From an uncultured Clostridia bacterium (GTDB lineage: Bacteria > Bacillota > Clostridia > Christensenellales > CAG-917), in NCBI GenBank assembly GCA_944358385.1, contig CALVQW010000010.1, positions 3,347 to 67,346 on the forward strand: 64,000 nucleotides of DNA, given 5' to 3'. A model generated the notes under the pieces. That model was not told the origin of the DNA, ran no database searches, and saw nothing but the letters and a program-made list of their open reading frames with translations. A program made the position numbers and the translations under genes. Below are positions 55,644-64,000 of the stretch, one piece after another (positions within the stretch are counted from its first letter, which is position 1; every line of letters begins with the position of its first letter).

Positions 55644-56279
55644 TCAGCCCTTGACGGATTGCTTGACGACGACCACGCCGCCTTTGGGTCCGGGGATAGC
55701 ACCCTTGATGAGCAGCAGATTTCTCGCCTTGTCGACGCGTGCGACGGTGAGATTCTGCACGGTGACCTTCTCGTGTCCCCACTGTCCCGCCATGTGCTTG
55801 TTCTTGAACACTCTGGAGGGAGAGGAGCACGCGCCCATGGAACCGACCGAACGGTGTATGGGGCCGGTACCGTGAGACATGGGGCCGATCCTGTGGCTGT
55901 TCCATCTCTGAATGACGCCCGAATATCCGTGACCTTTGGAAGTGCCGGTCACGTCCACCTTGTCGCCCTCGGCGAACACGTCGCAGGTCAGTTCCTGTCC
56001 AAGCTCATAGGCCGCACAGTTTGCGAAACGCAGTTCACGCAGGTACTTTTTCACGGTGACGCCGGCTTTCTTGAAGTGTCCGGCAACGGGTTTGTTGACT
56101 CTGGTTTCCTTGATGGCTCCGAAACCGACTTGCACGGCGTCGTATCCGTCGTTCTCTTTGGTCTTGATCTGCACCACGGTGCAGGGACCTGCCTCGACGA
56201 CGGTGACGGGAATGACTTTGCCGTCTGCCGCGAAGATCTGGCTCATGCCGAGTTTCTTTCCGATGATTGCTTTATCCAT
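55644..56279 (-). CDS. rplC: 50S ribosomal protein L3
   Basis: [33 protein letters not shown]... Confidence 0.97.
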   Translation of the reverse strand: MDKAIIGKKLGMSQIFAADGKVIPVTVVEAGPCTVVQIKTKENDGYDAVQVGFGAIKETRVNKPVAGHFKKAGVTVKKYLRELRFANCAAYELGQELTCDVFAEGDKVDVTGTSKGHGYSGVIQRWNSHRIGPMSHGTGPIHRSVGSMGACSSPSRVFKNKHMAGQWGHEKVTVQNLTVARVDKARNLLLIKGAIPGPKGGVVVVKQSVKG

Positions 56280-56305
56280 GTAAAGTTCATCCTCCTTTTA
56301 TTCCG

Positions 56306-56614
56306 TCAGAGTTTGATGGAGATATCAACGCCCGCCGGAAGGTCGAGTTTCATGAGAGAATCGACCGTCTTGGAGGTGGGGTTGAATATGTCGATCAAAC
56401 GCTTGTGCGTTCTGAGTTCGAATTGCTCACGGCTGTCCTTGTCCTTGTGCGGCGCACGAAGAATGGTCACGATCTCCTTCTCGGTGGGAAGCGGAATGGG
56501 ACCGGAAACCTTGGTGCCGGTCTTTTTCACGGTCTCCACGATCTTTTCCGCGGAGATGTCGATGAGATTGTGATCATACGCCTTGAGCTTGATCCTGATT
56601 TTCTGTCCAGCCAT
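56306..56614 (-). CDS. rpsJ: 30S ribosomal protein S10
   Basis: [33 protein letters not shown]... Confidence 0.97.
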   Translation of the reverse strand: MAGQKIRIKLKAYDHNLIDISAEKIVETVKKTGTKVSGPIPLPTEKEIVTILRAPHKDKDSREQFELRTHKRLIDIFNPTSKTVDSLMKLDLPAGVDISIKL

Positions 56615-56718
56615 CTTGAATTAGCCTCCTGATATATACACTCGTCCGTGTGTGTCCTATATTTTTCATCCCGTCGGAGACCGACGGAAACCCCGCGTCC
56701 GAAAGACGCGGCTCTACA

Positions 56719-56747
56719 ATCTTATTATTTCCAGTCAAGACTGTCAA
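56719..56747 (-). promoter_or_regulatory. Candidate sigma-A promoter of the S10-spc-alpha cluster
   Basis: Minus strand reads TTGACA-gtcttgactggaaataa(17)-TAAGAT, preceded by a long AT-rich tract (56750-56850). It is followed by a leader of about 100 nt with two hairpins. Confidence 0.55.
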
Positions 56748-56862
56748 GCAAAAAATGCACGAATTTTTGCGAAAATTATAATATTGTATTTTATTTCCGT
56801 TCCTGCACTATATATAGTAATAATATATACGCGCGCATACCTAAAATAAAAGGGAACGCCCC

Positions 56863-57261
56863 TCAATCCCCTTTCTTTTCCGAAAGAGCGCGGCGATACT
56901 CTTCTTCCAGCCTGCGCTCCTCTTTTGTCCACTCCTTCATCTTTCCCGTGTTCACCAAGACAAGCACGGCGACCAAGACCGCAACGGAAACCCCCGCCAG
57001 CACTCCGCCCGCCACGTTCCCCGCATACAGAAACGCAACGACCGTCCCGTGCATGAGCAGACAAACGACAAATATGCCCAGCCCGAACCGCCGCATTATC
57101 CTCTTGTGCAGTTTCTTCGCCTCGGGTGCCGTCGGCTCGAAGTTGTACCCCGCGACCATTATCCCCGCCTGCCCGAAGAACATGAGGACGCACACGACAT
57201 ACAGCACGCCGAACACAAGACTCACCGCGATCGTTACATACATCGTGATCTCATCGCCCAT
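56863..57261 (-). CDS. Small hypothetical membrane protein (132 aa, about 4 TM, charged C-terminal tail)
   Basis: ORF with hydrophobic segments MYVTIAVSLVFGVLYVVCVLMFF and GGVLAGVSVAVLVAVLVLV. I am not certain of any family assignment. Confidence 0.6.
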   Translation of the reverse strand: MGDEITMYVTIAVSLVFGVLYVVCVLMFFGQAGIMVAGYNFEPTAPEAKKLHKRIMRRFGLGIFVVCLLMHGTVVAFLYAGNVAGGVLAGVSVAVLVAVLVLVNTGKMKEWTKEERRLEEEYRRALSEKKGD

Positions 57262-57299
57262 ACCCTCACTTTAATACACGCCCCCGCCCGAAGTCAAGC

Positions 57300-57880
57300 C
57301 CGCTCGATGGCATTGCGAGCATCCGGCACACAGAATAACGGACACCTTGATAGAGCGCGTTTGAGTACGACGGATACTCGTTTGAAGAGAAACTAACGCA
57401 CACTCATTCGGAGATATTTAACGTGCACTCCGAGCTAGCGCACTTGAACACGACGAGAACCTTGTTTAAAAAGTCTAACGAAAACTCCGAGAAAGAGTGT
57501 TTTTGAGTAAGACGTTTCTTTTTCGGAGACGGAATCACGCGCCGCAAAGCCAAACTTTCACCGCGGGCGTTTTGCGCCCGCGCTTGAAAGTCGCGGCGCG
57601 AATCTGCGGCCTCGCAAGCTAGACGATCACTTAAATAGGGATGTCGCTCGTGCGCGTCGAGTCGCCCTCCTCGCCCCACGAGCGACGCTCAGTGAGTACT
57701 GTTCGCCGCTTAGTTATGTGAGTGCGATTACCAAAATTTTTGGTAAAATACAAAAGTTAGTCCCGCATTTTGGGAGGAGGGAACTCTATTCCGAGTGGGG
57801 GAGGAGTCCCGTAGGGGAGGTGGGGGACATCTCATTCCCCCCGCGAGACGTACAGCTTGTTTTTAGTAAATTTTAAAACA
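57300..57880 (-). repeat. Family-C non-coding element, copy C4 (reverse orientation)
   Basis: The reverse complement carries the same ordered blocks (aagctgtacgtctcgcgggggg..., aaaatgcgggactaac, tcgcactcacataactaagcgg, gcgggcgcaaaacgcccgcggtgaaagtttggctttgcggcgcg, ccgtctccgaaaaag). Confidence 0.8.
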
Positions 57881-57941
57881 AAACTCCCGCCCCCAAAAGG
57901 GGTGCTGACAAAGTTATGCGCCGAAGAGCGCGCTCAGCTTG

Positions 57942-58064
57942 CTGACGCTGTCATTTAGATGAGATGCGCGAAAGAGCCGCTGCCGAGAGGCGGAGCATAC
58001 CATTAGTACGTGAGCATCTACGGCAGTGGCTCTGACAAAGCAGGTCGCTAAATGACAGCGTCAG
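57942..58064 (+). repeat. Family-B hairpin element B7
   Basis: The outer arms ctgacgctgtcatttag (57942-57958) and ctaaatgacagcgtcag (58048-58064) are perfectly complementary over 17 bp. The middle stem agagccgctgccg / cggcagtggctct has one G:T pair. The 3' arm contains the hisIE stop. A 3'-half B fragment precedes it at 57895-57935. Confidence 0.9.
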
Positions 58065-58708
58065 CGCATGGTTTCTTGTTTGATCTTGGTGTCCACTACA
58101 TGTCGTTTTTCCAGCTCTTTGGCGACATCTTCAAGCGAGATGCCCATCTCGACCATGAGGACGGTGAGGTGATAGAGGAGGTCGGAGATCTCGAAAACGG
58201 TCTCGTCGCGGCTGCCGCCTTTGCCGGCGACGATGACTTCGGTGGACTCCTCGCCCACTTTTTTCAGGATCTTATCAATGCCCTTCTCAAAAAGGTAGGT
58301 GGTGTAGGAACCCTCTTTGGGGGAAGTTTTCCTGCCCTCGATGAGCTTGTAGAGGGCTTCATAGGAGAACTGTTTGAGGGTGTCGGAGAGATAGACGGGG
58401 TTGTGGAAACAGCTCTCCTCGCCGGTGTGACAGGCGGGACCGTCCTTGACCACCTCGACGACGAGGGCATCGCCGTCGCAGTCCGCGGTGACGGAAACGA
58501 CGTGCTGGAAATTGCCGCTGGTCTCCCCTTTGAGCCAAAGCTTTTGACGGGAACGGCTGTAAAAACAGGTCAGTCCTTTTTCGAGCGTTATCGCAAGGCT
58601 CTCGCGGTTCATATAGGCGAGGGTGAGCACCTCTTTGGTGTAGTGATCCACCACCACGGCGGGGATCAATCCTTTTTCGTCAAATTTCAAGTTGTCAACG
58701 CTGAACAT
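58061..58708 (-). CDS. hisIE: Bifunctional phosphoribosyl-AMP cyclohydrolase / phosphoribosyl-ATP pyrophosphatase
   Basis: ...[26 protein letters not shown]...[14 protein letters not shown]...CDGDALVV..., then the HisE part ...[20 protein letters not shown]... Confidence 0.94.
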   Translation of the reverse strand: MFSVDNLKFDEKGLIPAVVVDHYTKEVLTLAYMNRESLAITLEKGLTCFYSRSRQKLWLKGETSGNFQHVVSVTADCDGDALVVEVVKDGPACHTGEESCFHNPVYLSDTLKQFSYEALYKLIEGRKTSPKEGSYTTYLFEKGIDKILKKVGEESTEVIVAGKGGSRDETVFEISDLLYHLTVLMVEMGISLEDVAKELEKRHVVDTKIKQETMR

Positions 58709-58770
58709 AGTTTATCTCCGTATTTGATGTGATAAAGTGCTTATTTTGTCGTTATTGTTAGCCTGCGCGC

Positions 58771-59529
58771 TCAGATACGCACGGGGACGCCAGCTGCCGA
58801 GAGCGCGCGTTTGAGGTCGCGTATGTCCACCTCGCCGCTGTGGAATATGCCCGCGGCAAGCCCCGCATCCACGCCCTCCACTTCGCGGAACAGGGTGATG
58901 AAATCCTCCGTGCAGCCCGCGCCGCCCGACGCGATGACGGGGATGGAAACGGCGTCGCACACCGCGCGGAGCATATCGATGTCGAAGCCCTTCCTCACGC
59001 CGTCGGTGTCTATGCTGTTGAGGACTATCTCCCCCGCCCCCTCTCTCTCGCCGCGCTTTGCCCATTCCACCGCGTCGATGCCGGTGGGGACTCTGCCGCC
59101 CTTGGCGTACACCTCGTAGTGTCCGCCCGCCCTTTTGGCGTCTATGGAAAGCACCACGCACTGGTCACCGTACTTTTTGGCGGCACGTCCGATGAGGGAA
59201 GGATCGGCGATCGCGCCCGAATTGACGCTCACCTTGTCCGCGCCGCATTTCAGCACGCGGTCGAAGTCGGAGACATCGTTGATGCCGCCGCCCACGGTGA
59301 GGGGGATGAACACCTGCGACGCCACCGCCGTCAGCGTCTCGGCAAAAAGTTTCCTGCCCTCGTGAGAGGCTGTGATGTCGTAAAAGACCAGCTCGTCCGC
59401 GCCCGCCGAGTTGTAAAAGCGCGCGAGCGCAACGGGATCGGCGATGTCGCGCAGCCCCAGGAAATTCTTGCCCTTGACCACTCTGCCGTCCTTGACGTCA
59501 AGGCAGGGGATCACGCGTTTTGCGAGCAT
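58771..59529 (-). CDS. hisF: Imidazole glycerol phosphate synthase, cyclase subunit
   Basis: MLAKRVIPCLDVKDGRVVKGKNF... Confidence 0.96.
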   Translation of the reverse strand: MLAKRVIPCLDVKDGRVVKGKNFLGLRDIADPVALARFYNSAGADELVFYDITASHEGRKLFAETLTAVASQVFIPLTVGGGINDVSDFDRVLKCGADKVSVNSGAIADPSLIGRAAKKYGDQCVVLSIDAKRAGGHYEVYAKGGRVPTGIDAVEWAKRGEREGAGEIVLNSIDTDGVRKGFDIDMLRAVCDAVSIPVIASGGAGCTEDFITLFREVEGVDAGLAAGIFHSGEVDIRDLKRALSAAGVPVRI

Positions 59530-60248
59530 ATGCCCTCCTTTGCCGCGGCGAGCGCGGCTTCGAGCGACAGCGCGCCCGTATATATCGCCTTGCCCACGAT
59601 CGCGCCGTATACGCCGAGTGAGGCGAGCTTGGCGATCTCCTCCGCACGCGTCACTCCGCCGGACGCCACGACGTTAAGCCCCGCGATCTCCGACAGGCGA
59701 CGATAAGCGGAAAGGTTGGAGCCTTGCAGCGTGCCGTCGCGGGAGATATCGGTGAACACCACGCAGTCCGCACCCGCGTCGCGGAGATACTCGCAGAACT
59801 CGAAGGCGTCGAGGTCGGTCACTTCCGTCCAGCCGCGGACGGCGACTCTGCCATCTCTGGCGTCCACGCCGACGGCGACGGATGCCCCGTATTTTTTGAT
59901 CATTTGCAACGCAAAATCGGGTTTTTCCACCGCGATCGTACCGATGATAACCCGTTTTGCGCCTTTGTCCAGATATCGCGCGATGCGCTCCTCGGTGCGG
60001 ATGCCGCCCCCGACTTCCACAAAAAGACCGCTCTCGCGCACTATGCGTTCGATGACGTCGGCATTCACCGCGTCTCCCGCGAGCGCGCCGTCCAGGTCCA
60101 CGACGTGCAGACACTCCGCGCCCTTTTCGGCAAAGCCGCAAGCCGTGCCGACGGGATCGTCGCCGTAGACGGTCATCCTCTCGTAATCCCCTTCCGTGAG
60201 GCGCACCACTCTGCCCCCTCTGAGATCTATGGCGGGAAATATCTTCAT
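59511..60248 (-). CDS. hisA: ProFAR isomerase (1-(5-phosphoribosyl)-5-[(5-phosphoribosylamino)methylideneamino]imidazole-4-carboxamide isomerase)
   Basis: MKIFPAIDLRGGRVVRLTEGDY... Confidence 0.95.
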   Translation of the reverse strand: MKIFPAIDLRGGRVVRLTEGDYERMTVYGDDPVGTACGFAEKGAECLHVVDLDGALAGDAVNADVIERIVRESGLFVEVGGGIRTEERIARYLDKGAKRVIIGTIAVEKPDFALQMIKKYGASVAVGVDARDGRVAVRGWTEVTDLDAFEFCEYLRDAGADCVVFTDISRDGTLQGSNLSAYRRLSEIAGLNVVASGGVTRAEEIAKLASLGVYGAIVGKAIYTGALSLEAALAAAKEGICSQNA

Positions 60249-60862
60249 AGCCTGCCCTCCGTGATCTCCTTGAACGCGCGCAGGATGTTGAGTCCCGTCT
60301 CGCCGCTCTTTTCGGGGTGGAACTGAGTGCCGTAGACGTTGCCGCGCGCCACCACCCCCGTGACGGGGATGCCGTAATCGCTGACGGCGGCGGCGTATCC
60401 CGCACAGCCCGTCGCGTGGTAGGAGTGGACGTAATAGACATACTCTCCTTCCGAAGTGTGCGCGAGCAAGGGACAGGGACGGAGGATATGCAGCCCGTTC
60501 CAGCCCATGTGCGGCACTTTCATGCCGGCGGGCAGACTGAATGGGACGACTTCGCCGGGGATGAACCCCAACCCTTCGTGCGTGCCGTACTCGTAGCTGC
60601 GCTCAAAGAGCATCTGCATGCCGAGGCAGATGCCGAGGAAGGGCTTGCCCTTCTCCACCTCATCGCGGATCGCCCTCTCCGCACCCGATGCGGCAAGTTT
60701 CGCACGCGCATCCGCGAACGCGCCCACGCCGGGAAGTATGATCCCGTCCGCACGCGCGAGGACGGCGGGAGAGGAAGTCACCTCAGCCTCCGCCCCTATG
60801 AAGCGCAGGGAGCTGAGCAGGGAAAAGAGATTGCCCACTCCGTAATCGACTACGGCTATCAT
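60245..60862 (-). CDS. hisH: Imidazole glycerol phosphate synthase, glutamine amidotransferase subunit
   Basis: MIAVVDYGVGNLFSLLSSLRF...GICLGMQMLF... ATGA overlap with the hisB stop. Confidence 0.95.
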   Translation of the reverse strand: MIAVVDYGVGNLFSLLSSLRFIGAEAEVTSSPAVLARADGIILPGVGAFADARAKLAASGAERAIRDEVEKGKPFLGICLGMQMLFERSYEYGTHEGLGFIPGEVVPFSLPAGMKVPHMGWNGLHILRPCPLLAHTSEGEYVYYVHSYHATGCAGYAAAVSDYGIPVTGVVARGNVYGTQFHPEKSGETGLNILRAFKEITEGRL

Positions 60863-61449
60863 AACGTCCCCTTTGTGCTGGGCAGCACGTCCGCACGCGC
60901 CGCATCCACCGAACACGCCTCTCTAAGAGATCTGCCGAAGGCTTTGAACACCGCCTCCGCGATGTGGTGGACGTTGTCGCCCGCGAGCATCCTGAAATGC
61001 AGCGTCGCTCCCGCCGAACGCGCGAATGCGGCGAAAAACTCTCTTATCAGCTCGGTGTCCAGATCCCCCACCTTATATTCCGGAGGGAACACCACGTCAA
61101 AGCCGAGATAAGCGCGTCCGCTGAGGTCGAGGGCGCAAAGCACGAGTGCCTCGTCCATGGGCAGGATGCAGCTGCCGTAACGGCGTATGCCCTTTTTGTC
61201 GCCGAGAGCTTCGCGCAACGCCTCGCCGAAGCAGATGCCGATGTCCTCGACGGAGTGGTGCATGTCCACCTCGGTGTCGCCGTCGCAACGGACGGAAAGG
61301 TCGAAAGCCCCGTGCCGAGCGAGCTGTTCGAGCATGTGGTCGAAAAACCCGCTGCCCGACTCGACGTCGTAACTTCCCGTCCCGTCTATGACAAGGGAAA
61401 GTGTGATGTCCGTCTCGGTGGTTTTTCTTATAATTTGCGATTTTCTCAT
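60859..61449 (-). CDS. hisB: Imidazoleglycerol-phosphate dehydratase
   Basis: MRKSQIIRKTTETDITLSLVIDGTG...HHSVEDIGI... ATGA overlap with the hisC stop. Confidence 0.95.
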   Translation of the reverse strand: MRKSQIIRKTTETDITLSLVIDGTGSYDVESGSGFFDHMLEQLARHGAFDLSVRCDGDTEVDMHHSVEDIGICFGEALREALGDKKGIRRYGSCILPMDEALVLCALDLSGRAYLGFDVVFPPEYKVGDLDTELIREFFAAFARSAGATLHFRMLAGDNVHHIAEAVFKAFGRSLREACSVDAARADVLPSTKGTL

Positions 61450-62543
61450 TGCGATATCTCCTTGATGACCTCCCGCACGGCGGCGAGAAGAAGATCGTTT
61501 TGCGCGGCAGAGCCGACGGTGATGCGCACGTAGTCCGAGAGTGCGCCCCCAAGCCACCTCACCAGTACTCCCTTCTCTTTGAGAGCAAGATACAGCCGCT
61601 CGCCGGGGATGCTGTCTTTCTTGACGAGAAGGAAATTGGCAAGGGAGGGTGTGAAGGAAAAGCCGAGAGCCGCGAACTCCCCTTTCAGTCTCTCGCGCTC
61701 GGCGGCAACAAGGGCGGTGGTCTCCTTGAAGTATTCCTCGTCGCCGATGGCTGCCGCCCCCGCGACTATGCTCAGCCTGTTGAGGTTGTAGGGATTGAAG
61801 CTGAACTTCATGCGGTCAAGATCGGCAATTATCTCCTCGGACGCGATGGCATATCCCACTCGCCCTCCCGCCAGCTGGCGGGACTTGGACATGGTCTGCA
61901 CCACCAACAGATTGTCATAGTCGCCAATGAGCGTCGCCGCGCTCTCTCCGCCGAAGTCGCAATATGCCTCGTCGATGATGACGAGACGGTCTTTATCTTC
62001 CGAAACAATGGTTTCTATCTCCGAAAGCGGCAGATAAATGCCCGTTTGTGCGTTCGGATTGGCAATGACCACCGTCTCTTTCAGCCCTTTGAACCCCGCG
62101 GCATCCACGCTGAGATCCGCCTTCATCGGTACGGTGCGGAATGGAAGGGAAAAGAACTCGGCAAAGACGGGATAGAACCCGTAGCCTATCTCCGGGAAGG
62201 CGACTCCCCTCTCCTTTCCCGCGAAAGCGGCGAATGCGAATGCCAGCACTTCATCCGAACCGTTGCCCGCAAACACCTGCCTTTCGCTTATGCCCTTCCG
62301 TCCCTCTCCTTCCAGGCATGCGGTGAACCTGCGGGCTATCGCACGCACCAGCACGCGCGCCTCGGGATCGGAATAGAGGTTGAGCTTCTCGCTCTCCTCT
62401 CTGCTCAACGCCGCGATCACAGCAGGAGAGGGCGGGAAGGGGGACTCATTGGTGTTGAGCTTTACATATCCCCTGTCCTGCGGCTGCTCCCCCGGCGTGT
62501 ACGGCGCGAGAGATGAGTATCTTTCGTCCAAAAATCTGCTCAT
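61446..62543 (-). CDS. hisC: Histidinol-phosphate aminotransferase
   Basis: ...KLNTNESPFPPSP...VQTMSKSRQLAGGRVGY... Confidence 0.94.
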   Translation of the reverse strand: MSRFLDERYSSLAPYTPGEQPQDRGYVKLNTNESPFPPSPAVIAALSREESEKLNLYSDPEARVLVRAIARRFTACLEGEGRKGISERQVFAGNGSDEVLAFAFAAFAGKERGVAFPEIGYGFYPVFAEFFSLPFRTVPMKADLSVDAAGFKGLKETVVIANPNAQTGIYLPLSEIETIVSEDKDRLVIIDEAYCDFGGESAATLIGDYDNLLVVQTMSKSRQLAGGRVGYAIASEEIIADLDRMKFSFNPYNLNRLSIVAGAAAIGDEEYFKETTALVAAERERLKGEFAALGFSFTPSLANFLLVKKDSIPGERLYLALKEKGVLVRWLGGALSDYVRITVGSAAQNDLLLAAVREVIKEISQ

Positions 62544-63814
62544 TTGCGCCTCGCCTCCGCCGACCGTGCGTGCGCGGTAAGTCCCTCGCTCTCCGCGAAG
62601 GTGACAATATCGTTTATTGCGCTTGCAAAGCCTTCGTCGGTGTAGTGTACGAAGGAAGTCTTTTTCACAAAATCGTCCACAGAGAGGGGGGAGGAGAACC
62701 TCGCGCTCCCGCCCGTGGGCAGGGTGTGGTTGGGACCTGCGTAATAGTCGCCCGCAGCCTCCGGAGTGTTGCTGCCGAGAAATACGGAACCCGCAGCCGT
62801 CACCTTTTCAAACAGTGCGAAGGGATCCTTGACGCACAGTTCGAGGTGCTCCGGCGCGATGGCGTTGCTCACTCTCACTGCCGCTTCGATGTCATCGGCA
62901 ACGATGATCTTGCCGTTGTCCTCTATGGACGCGCGCGCGATCTCCTCGCGCGGCAGCAGACGCAGCTGTCTCTCCACCTCCTCGGACACTTTTTCTGCAA
63001 GCGCGCGGGAAGTGGTGACCAACACCGCGCACGCGAGCTTGTCGTGTTCCGCCTGCGACAACAGATCAGCCGCCACCGTCGCCGCGTCCGCGCTCTCGTC
63101 CGCTATGACGAGGATCTCGCTCGGCCCCGCCACCATGTCTATGCCGACGCTGCCGAACACCAACTTCTTGGCAAGAGCGACATAGATGTTGCCCGGTCCC
63201 GTGATCTTGTCCACTCGCGGCACGCTCTCCGTGCCGTAGGCGAGCGCGGCGATAGCTCCCGCGCCGCCCATGAGGAAGATGCGGTCCACTCCCGCGATCT
63301 CCGCCGCCGCGATGATCTCGTCGCGGGGCATCCCGCCGCCCTTTGCGGGCGGAGTCGCCATGACGATCTCCTTCACCCCCGCGACTTTGGCGGGGATGGC
63401 GTTCATGAGCACGGTGCTGGGATAGCTCGCCGTACCGCCGGGGACGTAGATGCCCGCCCTCTCTATCGGGGTGAACTTCTGCCCCAGCACGGTGCCGTCC
63501 GCGCGGGTGTAGACAAAGCCTTCCCGCCTCTGCATCTCGTGGAACTCGCGGATGTTGGCGGCAGCTCTTTTCAGCATCTTAATATAACTTTCGGAGACGC
63601 GCGCGCAAGCCGCCGCTCTGTCCTCCGCCGAAAGCTCCTGTCTTGCGGGCGCGCCGCCGTCGAATCTCTCCGCAAACCGTCTGAGCGCGGCGTCGCCCTC
63701 CTCGCGCACCTCGGACACGATGGCGCGCACCGCACCCTCGTATTCCGCGTAATCCTCTATGCGTCTGCTGAGGAAATCCTCCTCCCTCAACGCATTGAAA
63801 TCGTATATCCTCAT
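62540..63814 (-). CDS. hisD: Histidinol dehydrogenase
   Basis: 424 aa. ...YVPGGTASYPSTVLMNAIPAKVAGV...AEHD...HLE... Confidence 0.95.
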   Translation of the reverse strand: MRIYDFNALREEDFLSRRIEDYAEYEGAVRAIVSEVREEGDAALRRFAERFDGGAPARQELSAEDRAAACARVSESYIKMLKRAAANIREFHEMQRREGFVYTRADGTVLGQKFTPIERAGIYVPGGTASYPSTVLMNAIPAKVAGVKEIVMATPPAKGGGMPRDEIIAAAEIAGVDRIFLMGGAGAIAALAYGTESVPRVDKITGPGNIYVALAKKLVFGSVGIDMVAGPSEILVIADESADAATVAADLLSQAEHDKLACAVLVTTSRALAEKVSEEVERQLRLLPREEIARASIEDNGKIIVADDIEAAVRVSNAIAPEHLELCVKDPFALFEKVTAAGSVFLGSNTPEAAGDYYAGPNHTLPTGGSARFSSPLSVDDFVKKTSFVHYTDEGFASAINDIVTFAESEGLTAHARSAEARRK

Positions 63815-64000
63815 TTCTCGGTCACCTCTCTCATCTTAGCGACGATCCCGTTTATCTCCCTCTCCTTGAACTTGTAGGAAGCCTTGTTTGCGATGAGCCG
63901 CGCGCTGACGGGGAATATCTCCTCCGTCACTTTCAACCTGTTCTCTTTGAGCGTCGTCCCCGTCTCCACGAGATCGACGATGACGTCGGACATCCCGAGC
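63811..64000 (-). CDS. hisG: ATP phosphoribosyltransferase, C-terminal part (truncated by the window edge)
   Basis: ...DVIVDLVETGTTLKENRLKV...ARLIANKASYKFK...; overlaps the hisD start. Confidence 0.85.
   Translation of the reverse strand, partial: LGMSDVIVDLVETGTTLKENRLKVTEEIFPVSARLIANKASYKFKEREINGIVAKMREVTEK

Overview
This is a GC-rich (judged by eye, not computed) chromosomal segment from a spore-forming anaerobic Firmicute, probably a Clostridia-like organism; the lineage markers are dpaA/dpaB, rubredoxin and flavodoxin. Most of the window is core genome. It holds a complete rrn operon on the minus strand (16S 9822-11339, 23S 6568-9483, 5S 6354-6469). It holds the whole S10-spc-alpha ribosomal-protein cluster, rpsJ through rplQ, on the minus strand (56614 down to 41184). 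It also holds a his operon (partial hisG, then hisD, C, B, H, A, F, IE; minus strand, 64000 down to 58061), gap, fba, mnmA, cysK, a ttcA-like gene, two Fe-alcohol dehydrogenases, an amidohydrolase/GPH-transporter/GH35 cluster, an AraC/APH-kinase/MATE module and one tRNA-Arg(CCG). I found no CRISPR array, transposase, integrase, reverse transcriptase or recognisable defence gene. The unusual content is non-coding. Roughly 6 kb of intergenic DNA (1-737, 4800-6350, 31260-31530, 32404-33333, 39205-41184, 57261-58061) is a mosaic of at least three hairpin-based interspersed repeat families. Family A is a set of tandem units of 80-102 nt. Family B is a three-tier hairpin of about 125 nt whose stems co-vary between copies; in three copies the outer arm contains the stop codon of gap, rplQ or hisIE in the same register. 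Family C is a non-coding element of 0.4-0.75 kb. Smaller hairpin modules are inserted into these elements, and both filled and empty sites are visible within the window. A second point of interest is a small AT-richer three-gene island (XRE regulator, unknown protein, DEDDh-exonuclease+BRCT protein) next to tRNA-Arg, where an 18-nt duplicate of the tRNA 3' end forms an att-like scar. Many long ORFs in the supplied track run antisense to conserved genes or lie inside rRNA or repeats, and I treat them as artefacts. All coordinates for RNA genes, repeats and signals were placed by hand and are approximate to a few nucleotides.
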